Part shown: piece after piece, positions 1-12,638 of the stretch
Position numbering within the stretch: the stretch's first letter is position 1
Layout: every line of letters starts with the position of its first letter
Source: Podospora anserina
Lineage: Eukaryota
Reading direction: 5' to 3'
DNA: 64,000 nt
Assembly (NCBI GenBank): GCA_017654855.1
Contig: CM030333.1
Coordinates: forward strand, 620,001 to 684,000
Program-made: the position numbers and the translations under genes
The notes under the pieces: model-generated
Database searches by the model: none
The model's input: only the letters and a program-made list of their open reading frames with translations
What the model was told of the DNA's origin: nothing

Positions 1-1520
1 GATTGGGAGGAGACAGGGGATGAGCCAGGGGCACGTCCCATCAAGGTGCCCTCCACCTGCCAACTGCCACTGCACGCTCACCAATGATTTCTAGAGAACG
101 GCTGGTTTGCCGCCAATATTTGCAATGTCTTGGATGAGAGTCAGCAGTAAAGGAAATGCGACTGGATTTCCCAAGATGCGAATAAAAGGCGCAGAGTTGA
201 CTTATCAGTATTGTCCATGTCTCTCAAAGCACAGTGTTTGGTTGAAATGGACTGCACTGTGTAAGGTAACCAAGACTTTCAGTTGTGATGGGAACCCAAC
301 TTTGAAGATGGGCTGGTAGCTACTGTAAACCTAGGTGGTAGGTCCGTTCGTTATGGCCTGGATCTGAGGTCATTTTATTACGAATTCAATATCGAGGTGC
401 AGGATGAACGGTCCCCTTGCACTGGCAGGAAATCTCGAATCCGCGGCGAGAAATAGGGGCAGGCGTGTTTCGTCTGGTTTTGGTTTTTGGTAAACCATGC
501 CGTCTGGCTTGATTGGGAAGATTTCATGCGACCTCTATATCTGAAGAGAGCTATCGCCCACGACCGCGGAGATAAGCGCTGGGCGTTTAACTGCCCACTG
601 CGTTTGGGCTGCTACCGCCACGCTACAGCCGTCCTCCCTTGATGATCTCATCCCTGGCCTCCAAGAGCCGAGTCGTTCCCGGCCTCCACTGCACATCAAG
701 GAGTTTCCTGGGTAGCTTCCGCCCCCGCGCCGCCCCGCTGCCGGGGAAGCGAACGCCGAACCCACGTGCGTCAAGCCCGGGATGCTATTCCCGACCGACC
801 TGAAGCTTTGAGGAATAAAAAAGTGAGATACTACATAGAACAGAGACTTGAACTGTAGTTGGAGACAGGGGACAGTGTACGTTACACATCATCAATATCA
901 GGGATTTCTGAGAATGATATTACAGAGCTTAAAAATCATTGGGATGCGGCACCAGTGTGTGGATCTGAAATGGAAAGTATTCTTCGTTAACCAGCAATTT
1001 TAAAGGATGCCGGGATTTTGCGTTGGAATCGAGGGAATATAAATTCAAAGCAGCATGTATTCAAGATTGTGCGTTGGCTACTGGGCGAGAACAGTTAAAG
1101 TTGAATCCCAAGTCTTACATCACTGGACCTTGAAGCACGGACCACCTACATACTCTGCACGATTACAGGCGAGGCTGAACGCGTCGTGGTGCCACAGTTG
1201 GGGCGTGCGTTGCTCCAAAAAAACCAATCTTCCTGGCTTCGCAGCAGTGTCAGCCTTCCCGTCTGTGTCGCCGGCAACTTTTGGCAGCAGGCAGCCAGAA
1301 CCTTTGAGATCCCCACCACTCGCTGGACAACTTGCGCCGGCCACTCCTTTCCCTTTTCTTTTGCTTTCTTTCCTTCTACACCACACGCCCGCGCCCAATT
1401 GCCAGCGGCGCTTCCCACTATCGCAAGTGACCGCTTTTTGGCCAAGCAACAAAACGCGCCAACTTACTCCGTAATACTGCTGCAGACCGACCTTCAGTTT
1501 GCGCGATCCCAACCACGAAA

Positions 1521-4500
1521 ATGAGCAACGACTTGCGCAACTTGATCGATGGCGAGGCCGAGCTCGATGACGAGGATGATGATGCCTCCTTTGATGAGGA
1601 GGCCGGCGAGGGCCGTAGGGACAAGCCCTTAATCGATGATTCCAGCGAGGAAGAAGATGATGACGATGATGAGGAAGAAGCTAGAAGAGTATGCTCCACC
1701 TTCACCATGCGCCCACCATCCCTAGTTTCTGTTGCTAATTCATCTTTGACGTGCCTAGATTCGAGAAGGCTTCATTGTCGATGAGGACGAGGAGGAAGAG
1801 GAGGACGAAGATGTCGAAGAGCGACGCAACAGAAAGAGGCGTCGGAGAGCCGAAAGAGAAGAAGAGCAACTCGATGAAGAAGATCTCGATCTCATCGGTG
1901 AAGCAAACCCAGACTGGGGACGCAAGGCACAGCCCCAGGTACGCTCAGCCAGTTGATCATACCAACATTCATCATGTGCTAACACCATGTCCAGCAAAAC
2001 AAGTTCAAGCGGCTGAAGCGCGGCCATCGCGATGAGGATCGTGGCTCCGAACGCCGCGGCCTGGCCGAGATCTTTTCCGACGATGACGAAGAAATGGCCG
2101 ACGACCGAGCCTATGGCCGCCAGAGCCACCGCCAAGCCGACGAGTTCGATGACTTCATCGAGGAAGACTACCCCGAAGATGATGAGGAGCGCATCCAACG
2201 CCAGGAGGATATGGAAGTTGCCCGGCCGAGAGATAAGGGTCTCACCGTCGATACGACTGGTCTGGATAAGGAGGCGCTTGACGACATGGAAGCTATTTTC
2301 GGAAATGGCGAAGACTACGACTGGGCTCTGCAGATGGAGGAAGAAGAGGAGGAGCGCGAACGTGAAGAGCAGCAGATCGAGCTCAAGGATGTTTTTGAGC
2401 CGTCGCAACTCAAGGAGAAGCTCCTTACCGACGAGGACAACGAGATTCGCGTCAACGACGACCCAGAGCGTTTCCAACTGGATCGCAAGCCTTTCCAACA
2501 TCAGCAAACTTCGGCCGAAGGGTTCAAGGAGGAGGCCAGATGGATTACCAACCTCATCTTGCCACACAAGCGCCTTTCAAGTGATCTTCACGGACCTTTG
2601 ACCAAGGCTGTGTGCCAGGTACTCGAGTTCTTCGTCATCGACGCCTATGAAGTGCCCTTTGTTTTTCAGCAACGCCGAGACTACCTCATTCATGCCAAGA
2701 AGTCACGAAACTTGGATCGTGATGATCCGGATGCTCCCGCATTCAACATTGATGCCGAAAAGTTGCTTAACCAGGATGATCTCTGGCGCATTCTTGAGCT
2801 GGATATCAAGTTCCGGTCCCTGGTTGAGAAGAGAACAGTGCTCGAGAAATCATACAACAGCTTGAAAGAGAAGCTCAACATCCAGGACGACATCATCGAA
2901 AGCATGACTCGTGCGGCCGAAACGACAGAAGAGTTGCAGGATCTACAGGATTACTTCAACTTCCGGTACTCTGCCGAAATCAAGCAGGCTGCTGCCATGG
3001 CCGCTCAGGAGGAGGGTCACCAGACCGAACAGCTCAAGCGTCCGGGCACCAAGACAGCCCTCTTTGAGCGCATCAGGAAGTCCAAGGCCTACGAGTTCGT
3101 GCAGGCGCTCGGCATCTCGCCTGATCAACTTGCCAGAAACGCGCTACAAGACGGAAGGAGGGTTTCATCTGATGACAATCCCCAGGACCCCATCTCGCTC
3201 GCGGATAGCTTAGTGGACAACTTTTTCTACACGGCCGAACAGGTCACCAACGCGGCCCGTCAGATGTACGCAGAAGAGCTCTTCGTCAGCCCCCGGATGC
3301 GCAAATTCTTCCGTAAAAACTACTACGGCACTGGCATTGTGAACTGCCGTCGCACAGAAAAAGGTCTCAGGAAGATCGACGAGTCTCATCCATATTACGA
3401 GATCAAGTATCTTGTCAACTACAGCATCATGGATTTCGTGGATCGGCCCGAGGTGTTCTTGAAGATGATGAAGGCAGAAGAAGAAGGCCTGGTGGAAATT
3501 CGCGTCGAGCTCAGCAACGAGCGTAGCTTTAGGAAGAATCTTTACCAAGATTTCGTATCCGACAACTTCAGCTCGCTGGCTGATGCGTGGAATGGGGAGA
3601 GAGAAAAAGTGCTCGACATGGCCATTAACCGTCTCCACAAGGTGATTGAGAAGGGTGTCAAGGAATCCATACGGACTGCGTGCCAGGAACGGCTTCTCCA
3701 AGCCTGCCGTGAGGAGTATTCTAAGCGTCTCGATCAAGCCCCGATCAAGCCCAAGGGCATGGTTCTCGGCACAGTACCTCGAGTGCTTGTTCTCACCAAC
3801 GGCATGGGCGACCCCGGCCGCGACCCTATCTACTGGGCGTGTATGGACGAGCATGGCAAGGTGAATGAGTATGGCACCTTTAACAACCTGGCTCGGGATG
3901 AGAACCAACGCGAGGAGTTTGCTTCGCTTTGCGTACGGAAGGAGTTTGACATGGTCGGTATTTGTGGCTTTTCGGCAGACACACAACGACTCATCAAAGA
4001 CGTCGAGGGCCTCATCAGCGACAAGGGTCTTATGGGCCCTCCCTACCCTGACCCGAAAACTGACGAGAGTCGTGTCGATCTCTTGGACGTTGTTGTCGTC
4101 AACGATGAGGTTGCGCGCCTGTACAAGGACAGCCCTCGGGGCGTCACAGACCACCCCACGTTGAATCCTCTTACTCGCTACTGTATCGCTTTGGCTCGGT
4201 ACATGCAAAATCCGCTGAAGGAATATGCCGCTCTTGGCAAGGATGTGATCTCGTTGTCGATCCACCCATACCAGCAATATCTCCCGCAAGACAAGCTCCT
4301 CAAGCAGTTGGAGACGGCGATGGTTGATATGGTCAACCTTATCGGTGTTGAAATCAACGAAGCTATGAAGGATCCATATACCGCAAACTTGCTTCCCTAT
4401 ATCGCTGGTCTTGGCCCTCGCAAGGCGCAGCTTTTGATCAAGGGAATCAATGCCAACGGCGGTGTCGTCAATGCTCGTGACGAACTGGTTGGTGATTTCT

Positions 4501-5968
4501 CTCGCCACAAGATCCCAGTGCTGGGCCCAAGAGTGTGGAACAATGCCGCAAGCTTCCTCTACATCGAATACGACTCTACCCATCCTGACTCGGATCCACT
4601 GGATAACACACGTATCCATCCCGAGGACTACGACCTGGCTCGCAAGGTCGCCGCCGATGCCTTGGGTCTCGACGAAGAGGATGTCAAGGCCGAGACGGAC
4701 CTTAATGGACCAGCCGCTATCGTTCGCAAACTCTTCAATGATGATGTCCAAGAAAAGGTGAATGAGCTGATCCTCGAGGAGTACGCCGAGCAGTTGGAGC
4801 GCGAGTACTCGCAACGGAAGCGCGCCACGCTTGAGGCTATCAGGGCAGAGCTGCAAGTGCCGTTTGAAGAGCTTCGCAAGAACTTTGTAACTCTTACTGG
4901 CGACCAGATCTTCACCATGTTCACCGGTGAGACAAGGGAGTCGCTTTGCGAGGGTATGATTGTGCCAGTCAATGTCCGCGTTGTGAAGGACGACTTCGCT
5001 ATCGTCAAGCTCGACTGCGGCATCGAAGGCAGAATTGAGGCTCATGAAACCTCGCACCGCCACTCCGTCAAGGATGTTTTGAGCGTGGGCCAGACGGTTC
5101 AAGCCAAGCTCATCGACGTCAACCGCAAGGACATGACCTGCAAGCTCACCATGCGGGAAGAGGAGATGCGCAGACCTTATCGCAAGAACTATGATCACGG
5201 CCGGGATCAATGGGATTATAGACTGGAAGATGCCGACCGTGAGGAGCTGCGCGAGAAGGACAGGGTGACGGGACGCACTCAGAGGGTCATCAAGCACCCG
5301 CTTTTCAAGCCTTTCAACAGCACCCAGGCCGAGGAATATCTCGGCGGGCAACCCCCCGGAGAGGTTGTCATTCGGCCATCGTCCAAGGGTAATGACCACC
5401 TTACCATCACGTGGAAGGTGGCCGACGGTGTCCACCAGCATATTGACGTGCTGGAGCTCCAAAAGGACAATGAGTTCTCTGTGGGCAAGGTCCTCAAGGT
5501 CGGGAGCAAGTACACATACACCGATCTGGACGAGTTGATTGTCGACCACGTCAAGGCCATGGCGAAGAAGGTCGATGAGCTGATGCAGCATGAGAAGTTC
5601 CAGAAGGGATCGCGTGCCGATCTTGGTAAGTTCTTCCTCCCAACATACTGTTCTGGCCACTGATGGATCACTAACACGTCAAAACAGAAAAATGGCTCAC
5701 AACATATATCGATGCCAATCCAACTCGTTCCACCTACGCCTTCTGCATCGACAAGAAGCACCCGGGCTATTTCCACCTGTGCTTCAAGGCGTCCAAGAAT
5801 TCCAAAGTCAACGGATGGGTGGTCCGTGTCGTACCCCATGCTTACGAGCTGATGAAGAACGCCTACCCGGATATGAGAGCTCTCACGAACGGGTTCAAGC
5901 TCCGGTATCAAAGCGAGATGCTGAAGATGCAGCAGGGTGGCGGTGGAGGAGGGGGCCAGAGACGCTAG
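1521..5968 (+). CDS. SPT6: Transcription elongation factor / histone chaperone Spt6. Exons 1521-1688, 1759-1938, 1995-5625, 5688-5968
   Basis: Acidic N-terminus, YqgF-like region ([15 protein letters not shown]), HhH ([12 protein letters not shown]), S1 domain, and tandem SH2 ([29 protein letters not shown]). Three GT..AG introns (GTATGC, GTACGC, GTAAGT) with CTAAT/CTAAC branch sites join the exons in frame. Confidence 0.96.
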
Positions 5969-6495
5969 TAGTGTCTACGTCGATGGTTCTGTTTTTCGAC
6001 GAGTTTGGGGTTGTTATCAATTTTATGTATTCTCACTTGCCTCTTATCTTTTCAAGGGGCGAGCAACAAAAGAAAAATCATGGATTTCAGGCTGGTTTTG
6101 GTTTGGCATGCAAGGCGGGCGGTGAATTGAGGAAAGGGGGTCCTAAGCGAACGAAAAACCAGAAAGTAGAGTTTAGTAGATAAATGTTTGATGGGGGGAG
6201 GGCGCATATAGGGGACAGTGCCATGAAATTGTAGTTTGATAGTGTTGTTAATGAAAAGCAGTCACCTAATGCATATGTTGTTCGTGGCCTGAAGGGAGAT
6301 GGCATTGGGGCTGGAGGCCACATAGCTACTACAAAGGAACAGTTCGCCGAAGAGATCACCTTGTGTGGCAGTTTCACCAAGTCTCACCAAAGAAGCGAAG
6401 CTCTCATGTTATGGACAGAATAATGGGTACTGCAAGGTAGTCATACGCATAATCACTATCAAACTACCAACTTACACCTTTTTCAAAAGTAGATA

Positions 6496-6599
6496 GGCCT
6501 CTTAGTATTCTTTTTATGCCTATTAGCTATCTTTTAAGGTATATCAATTTTTTTGAGGCCTATCAACTATCTTTTGAGGCCTATTAACGATCTTTCGAC
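6496..6599 (+). repeat. Degenerate 21-bp tandem array, copy 1 (consensus ~GCCTATTRACTATCTTTTRAG)
   Basis: Units gcctattagctatcttttaag (6518-6538), gcctatcaactatcttttgag (6558-6578) and gcctattaacgatctttcgac (6579-6599), plus one 19-bp and one ~22-bp variant. Confidence 0.8.
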
Positions 6600-6889
6600 G
6601 CATGGTTGAAGACTTATGCAGCGCTGGTGATTTTGTCCACAGTGTGGCTCTGAAGCATTAATCAGAACCATTGAATGCAACCCTAACCCCTAACCATTCA
6701 TCTGCACCATGGGTACGTCACCGCCAAGACTTTTGACCACAAGGGTTCACGTCGCTTTGAGGACCCCTCTTCAGGGAGCTCCAGCTCAACAGAAACGGCA
6801 CAGCTCTGGACCCCCCCCATTCCTTCTCTGTCTCTGTACACATCTACTACCTCACATCAGTCCCGCATTCATCACCGCATATTCTCAAA

Positions 6890-8006
6890 ATGCCTATCCC
6901 AGAACCTGATCTAGCTACCCGAGCTCCCGAGAGCGACGCTGCCGAAGACCAGCAAGACTCTCCAGCTCTTTCTGCCATTGCCGCTCCAACTCCTCCTCCG
7001 GAGCAACCACAACTATGCGACAACTGCGTATCTGACAGACCAACTCCAGCTGGCAGTGGAGCGCCACAAGGAGAGCTCACTACTCTCGGCGGGATAGATG
7101 TACAGCGTCCTTAGACCCTCACCCCTACCAACCGGAACTAACTCTGCCCTCCTGCCAGGTCTACATAACCAAACCCCCATCCTACCCCTCCACCCCAGCC
7201 CGGCTACTCCTCCTCTTAACAGGCGGCACCGGTCTCAAGTCAACCAACAACCAGCTCCAGGCCGACCTCTTCTCCATCGAGGGCAACTACGTCGTCGTCA
7301 TGCCAGATCTCTTCTCTGGCGACCCGGCGCCAAATTCCCAGGTCAAGGAAGACGACCCCGACATCCAAGCCGGTGATGGGGGAGGCTTCTTAGGGATGTT
7401 TAAACTCAAGGCTGTGGAGACGGCCAAGAGCTTCATGATTGACATGTGGCTTGCGCGACACACAGAAGACAAGATCCTACCCATCATCCACAAGGTTCTG
7501 GACGCGGCAAAGGAGGAGTTTGCGGATGCGGTTGGGAATGGTGGGGGGGTGTATGCGGTGGGGTATTGCATAGGGGGACGGTATGTCCTGTTGCTGGGGC
7601 AACAGAGGGAGAAAAGGGGGGAGGATGTGGAGCAGGGGGATGTCAAGGAGGGACCGTGGATCAAGGCGGGTGCGGTGGCGCATGCGACGATGGTGTCGAG
7701 GCAGGATTTTGTGGGGTTGAAGGCGCCGGTTAGCTTGGTCAATGTGGAGAGCGATCCTATGTTTCCTGATGAGGTGAGGGTTGCTGGGGAGGATGAGATG
7801 AGGAAGGGGGGGGTGGAGCATGAGGTGAAGGTTTATCCTGGGGTTCCGCATGGTGAGATTTCTTTCAATCAGGGGGGTGGTGAAAGAGAGAGTTGGCTAA
7901 CGTGATGATAGGTTTTGCTGTTGTGGGGGAGTATGAGGATGGGAATATCAAGGAGGCGCAGAAGACGGCGTATGGACAGATGTTGAAGTGGTTACAGGAT
8001 CATTGA
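6890..8006 (+). CDS. Dienelactone hydrolase family alpha/beta hydrolase. Exons 6890-7099, 7159-7852, 7912-8006
   Basis: GYCIGG nucleophile motif, ESDPMF acid region, and VYPGVPH|GFAV spanning an intron. Intron 1 has a weak GTACAG donor with a CTAAC branch and CAG acceptor; intron 2 is GTGAGA..CTAAC..TAG. Confidence 0.9.
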
Positions 8007-9208
8007 TGGGGGAAGGGTGTGGACTGCTGGTTAGGATCGGGCGTCGTGGGCACTTTTCTCTCTCGTTTTCGAAATACCTATGGAATGGGCAGAGCAATGG
8101 CATCATGCAGGCAGGTTCAGTGTTTGGGTGGCTTATTGCTCTTGTTGTTAGTGTTATTCGTCCCAAATTGACAGCTCAAACAGAACCAAAGTGTCACTAC
8201 TTTTCTTCACAAAATGACATGTGAAAGAATATAATTGCTGTTGTGGACGTGGACCGGCGTAGAATGATTGGCGTAGGCGAACCTCAAGTAATAGAATGGG
8301 CGCGGAAGAACCCCCAAGCACAGCCATGCACGTCCCGAATTTTTAGGACCAGTCGCCATCTGCGATGTACTTTGATTTCCCCCCCAAACAGGTTGCGATG
8401 AACAGTATAACATGAAAAGCACATCAAAAGCCGCTTCGAGCCAAGCCTATGGAGATCATGGCGTCCCTCGCCCAGGCAGGCTATGGACTCGAAACCGTTG
8501 AGGGAGAGAATTGTCATAGTGGTCAACGTCATCTGTAAAGGCACCACGGGGAGCCAAAAGAGGTAATCGGCCACGGGGCGGGAGCAGACATTGTAGGCGC
8601 CGCCCGGCTCATATGGTCACCTTTCTGGCGGTGGGTGTTGTCAAGTGAGACACCAGGCAAACTGCGGGGCAGAGAAGCGATTCTTCAGTCTGCCCGGGCA
8701 AGGAGTTCGGGCACTGCTAGTTGTCATGATATAGGACTATCAGATCGGCTTTCTAAACCCTTGCCGGCTCTGCAGAAGTAGGGTCTATAGCCCGGAACCC
8801 CGTGGGGATATGATCGAGGCTCTAACAGCAGTTCGCAAGATAAACCAAACTCCAAGTTGTAGGATCTCCATACAAGCAACTGACACCTTCCTGGGAGATT
8901 TCTCGCGTTCTTAATGTTGCGGAAGTAACAGGGCAGACAAATGCGGCTTCGGCTGCTTGGTCTGGCTTGGGGCGGGAGTGGGAAAGGGGGGGGGGGGACG
9001 GGAGCTGGAGAGAGGTTGAACAGCCTGGCGCGTAAGCCATATGCCCAGCATACACGTTGAAACAGCCCACCATTATAAGCTCTCTAGACGCTGGTTTGTT
9101 TCTTGATCTTCCTTTCTCAAGTACTTCCTTTTCCCCCCTCTCTCTTCCAATTTTGACACATCATCACACTCGTTTCCTGCCCAACTTTTGCACCTAACAC
9201 CTTCCCAA

Positions 9209-10321
9209 ATGGACGTTATCCTGTACCTAGCCGGCTTTAGAACTCGGAGGCATCGAAGGCAGCAGCCTCATTCCGACGCTCACAGAGCAGATTCCATGCG
9301 CCGTAGACTTCCGACCAACAATCGCACAGAACCGGCGATACAGCTTGTGGCGCCTAACAATGAAGAAGCCAATCATACAATTGAAGAAGCACGCGATGTA
9401 GATTTGCCCGATACACCTAACGCTGGCGTACCTGAGGCGAACAGCAGCACATCTCTGGAGATTAAACTGAACGACCTCATCGAACTCGTTACCTCGCTCA
9501 CCGCCTCAATCGTGACCAGGCCCGAAAACATAGGCTTTGCCCATTCATCAACTGGTTTGGTTATCAACACCTCGACGACGGAGCGAGCCATTAATGAGCA
9601 TCAGCCAACCGATGGTCTCGTTGAAGCAACCGCGGTACCTCAACAAGTCAACAACCCAAACACCCCTGGTCAAATCCCGCCCGTGGCTGGCCAAGGCTCG
9701 AGTCTTAAGGAACAGATGGACAGTCTTGCGGTCATTGTCACCTTCTTGGTCCTCATGTTAGCCGAGAGAGCCCAAGCCCCCGTCCCGCCCGAGGCACCCG
9801 CCGCCGGTCCTGTTGAAGCCTCAGCACAGGAGAAAACCATGCCTCCATGCAGTCAAGACCGCACCGAAACAGCCCAGACATCACCGCAAGCCGATAAAAC
9901 TAGCACTGACAGTGCCAGCACGAGCACCAAAAGCACGCAGCTGCCGTACACGCTCGACGAGCCCCGAAGAGCATCAACTGAACCGCCTCTCCAAGCGACA
10001 AAAATCAAACTCCCAATGTCAGATCAGCACCAACAGAGCAAGAAGAAGCACAACACCGCATCGGTTTTTATTTTGCTCGGCCTCACAGATTTACTGGTCT
10101 ATTTCTCGTCGGTCAGGGTCGTTGTGGAATGCCTGGTCTTTCCCGTGATCCTGTTTGCGCTTTACCTCTGCTTTGGCAAGTCCGCCTGCTTTTGCTCGTG
10201 GACCTGGAGACCGCGCATTCGGAAAGAACAGGTCAAGGCGGCTTGGGCTCAGTTGACCGGTGGCGGGGTTGGCGTGGGCCTGGAGACAGGCAATGAGGAA
10301 AGAAAAGCTCGAGGCGGTTAG
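9209..10321 (+). CDS. Orphan protein (~370 aa), Ser/Thr/Pro/Gln-rich, with C-terminal hydrophobic (TM-like) segments
   Basis: Long intronless ORF with first ATG at 9209. A TATA-like element (TTATAA ~9073) and a CT-rich leader precede it. C-terminal hydrophobic stretches are VFILLGLTDLLVYF and LVFPVILFALYLCFG. No family recognised. Confidence 0.6.
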   Translation: MDVILYLAGFRTRRHRRQQPHSDAHRADSMRRRLPTNNRTEPAIQLVAPNNEEANHTIEEARDVDLPDTPNAGVPEANSSTSLEIKLNDLIELVTSLTASIVTRPENIGFAHSSTGLVINTSTTERAINEHQPTDGLVEATAVPQQVNNPNTPGQIPPVAGQGSSLKEQMDSLAVIVTFLVLMLAERAQAPVPPEAPAAGPVEASAQEKTMPPCSQDRTETAQTSPQADKTSTDSASTSTKSTQLPYTLDEPRRASTEPPLQATKIKLPMSDQHQQSKKKHNTASVFILLGLTDLLVYFSSVRVVVECLVFPVILFALYLCFGKSACFCSWTWRPRIRKEQVKAAWAQLTGGGVGVGLETGNEERKARGG

Positions 10322-10929
10322 TTTGGTCTCAGTTGAACGGCACTTGAGAGCGACTCTAGAACAGGACGATAGCCCCATCGGGTATGGAGGTTTCATCCTG
10401 AGTTTGTTTCGGCATTGCGGGCTAAGAGAAAGTCTGGATTTCCTTTTCACTGTTGGATGGGGGATAGATTGACATGTTAATGATGTTTTATGACAGCTTG
10501 GTGTGGATAGATATGATCATCGGGATGGGATTCCCTCATTTGTTTCCTTTTTCATCAAAACGGTCAAAACTGTAAGTTGGACCCAACTCGTTTCCTGTTT
10601 CTCACACTTTTCTGGGGAGCAATCCTCATTCTTATCTCTTTTTCCCAGACAGAAAAGGTGGCTCCATTGTTTACAGAGCCTAGCCAAGTCTGGGATGACG
10701 TGTATATACTTTTCTTCCATCCTATCTATGGAGCTTGGGCGGTTGGCGGGGGGAGGGTACGTTTTTGTATCATATCAACCAGACGGCAGCGGCCACGAAG
10801 CGCGAAGACGAAAACCGTTTCCGGGTTCGTGGACGATAGATGATGGGAAGATGTGATATGGTCTAAATGAAACTAGGGGAGCTGGGACAAGATAAGAATA
10901 GGATGGAAGACAATAATGATGGTTGTGCC

Positions 10930-10991
10930 GACTTTGACTATCTTTCAAGACCTCTTAACTATCTTTTAAGGCTTATTAAATGTTTTTTAAC
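10930..10991 (+). repeat. Degenerate 21-bp tandem array, copy 2
   Basis: gactttgactatctttcaag / acctcttaactatcttttaag (10950-10970) / gcttattaaatgttttttaac (10971-10991); same consensus as the array at 6496-6599. Confidence 0.7.
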
Positions 10992-11054
10992 GTTTAATAG
11001 TCATTATTCGTAATATAGTTAAACTCTATGTAAATGGGGGCGGGGGCTTGGTCA

Positions 11055-11085
11055 GATAAACAGGGGGCTCCGTAAAGGTTCTCTC
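11055..11085 (+). repeat. 31-bp direct repeat, copy A (partner at 12604-12634)
   Basis: gataaacagggggctccgtaaaggttctctc vs gacaaatagggagctccgtaaagattctctc: 27/31 identical, and all four differences are transitions. Confidence 0.75.
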
Positions 11086-11279
11086 TTCACTTACCCCAAA
11101 CGAAACCACAAAGGGACCAGTTGCTTGACTCTTCTGGTATTTTGCACCCAATAACAGCGAAATTCCAAATTACTCGCGGAACTCAAGCTCCGCGACATCC
11201 TGGTATGTGTAGCAGCTTTAGAATTGTCTTCTTCCAAAACCCGCTGATACCAAGAACCTTCAGTCTCTGCTTTGCCTAA

Positions 11280-12009
11280 ATGGCCCCTTCGCATGTGCCC
11301 GACGATACCTATCATGAGGGAGCGGTGCTTGAGATTCAACGACATCTACCACCGGAACCATTTGGCATTGTGGGACGCATTCACTATAAACTCCTGGAGA
11401 AGAGAAGCGAGTGGAATGCGTTCTGGTCGAGTGCCACCTACTGGTGTCAAAAAAGCCGAGTCGAGCTTGCTTTGGCTCATCCCCCCATCACGACAACCGA
11501 AGTCAAGAATCCTGAAAGTCGCAAGTTCACCATCACTCGGATCATTCAGTTCAATGAGCATACGGAAGGTCAAACGGTCTTCGAGGGAGTCATCATATCG
11601 GCGAACGGAAAACGCAACGAATTGATCGCTAAAGTTTACGATGGCGCTTATTACTCTCTGGATGAACGCTTCGGCAACTCTTGTGACGCCGCATGCCCGG
11701 ATGTGATGACGAAAGCGGACCTGCATTATTCCATTGAGTCCTCGCGCATATGAGGAAATCCGCACTGCTGGCTTTGCCGGGTCCGTTGTTCCCGACTTTT
11801 ACGGGGCATGGACGATCTCGCTCGAGTCGGACAACGGTGTAGTACGCTCTGTCCGCATGATTTTTCTGGAGAAGATACACGGCGCTTGCGCGATGGAAAA
11901 GATGATCACGCAGACGACTACGCAGGAGGCACCGCATTCTTCCTTCGACTTAAGTCGGTTCGCTCCGCTAACCCAAGAGTTTCCCAACTCCCAGCACCAC
12001 AATAAATAG
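11280..12009 (+). pseudogene. Frameshifted, truncated fungal protein-kinase-like gene remnant
   Basis: Frame 1 carries LIAKVYDGAYY...ADLHYSIES. After a 1-nt shift near 11741, frame 2 continues RAYEEIRTAGFAGSVVPDFYGAWT...VRMIFLEKIHG. This resembles the N-lobe (Lys, alphaC Glu, hinge) of fungal atypical kinases. No HxD catalytic loop or DFG motif follows. Confidence 0.6.
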
Positions 12010-12080
12010 GAACCCTAGGGTACTTTATTTATTGGAACAACCTGGTCGAACCGCTCACCCGACTTGACATAAAAGTCTCA

Positions 12081-12100
12081 GTGTGTGTGTGTGTGTGTGT
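12081..12100 (+). repeat. (GT)n microsatellite
   Basis: gtgtgtgtgtgtgtgtgtgt. Confidence 0.9.
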
Positions 12101-12603
12101 TGAGGCGAGCAAATGGAAATTCGAGGGCAAGCAAGCGTTAGTGAGGTTGAGGTATTGGTGCAGGAGACGTATGGTGAATATGAGGAGCTTGGGGCTGGTG
12201 AGTATGGTATCTCGTCCCATCCCTGAGGCGGAGATCAACATGCCTATCGACCCAATCTTGTAGTAGATAATCTCGTTTCTAGAGGGTATATCGATCCAAC
12301 GGGTCCTCCACCTTACCACTGGCCATAAATTGATACAGCTCCCCATACCATTCTAAGCCAAGGTAGGCTTCCCGATTTGCAACAGAGGACGTAAGTCCTG
12401 TAAGTAGAGATTCCAACGGACCTCCAATCCCATCAATATCCTTAGCTAGCCTTTCCCCCACCGAACTAAATAAAGTCCCTCCTCCAACAGAGCAGAGTTT
12501 AAGGCTGTCCTGCTATGTGGGGTTCAAACTACATGGCCAGGCCTTTTACTATGTTACAGGGAAGGTAAGTAAATCGGTAGATAGGGAGGGGGGCCGCTAG
12601 TAT

Positions 12604-12634
12604 GACAAATAGGGAGCTCCGTAAAGATTCTCTC
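12604..12634 (+). repeat. 31-bp direct repeat, copy B
   Basis: Partner of 11055-11085; lies a few bp from the stop codon of the quinone oxidoreductase. Confidence 0.75.
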
Positions 12635-12638
12635 ATGC

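Noticed and set aside
3210-5660. 816-aa antisense ORF, and similar long antisense ORFs over the TACC, PRO2 and QOR genes
   Set aside because: Shadow ORFs opposite well-supported genes, caused by codon bias; no recognisable motifs.
6679-6695. Telomere-like CCCTAACCCCTAACC
   Set aside because: Only two imperfect units; too short to call an interstitial telomere or binding site.
12200-12461. Minus-strand peptide EWYGELYQFMASG resembling a retrotransposon pol linker
   Set aside because: Short, interrupted by a stop, and no RT, RNase H or integrase motifs nearby.
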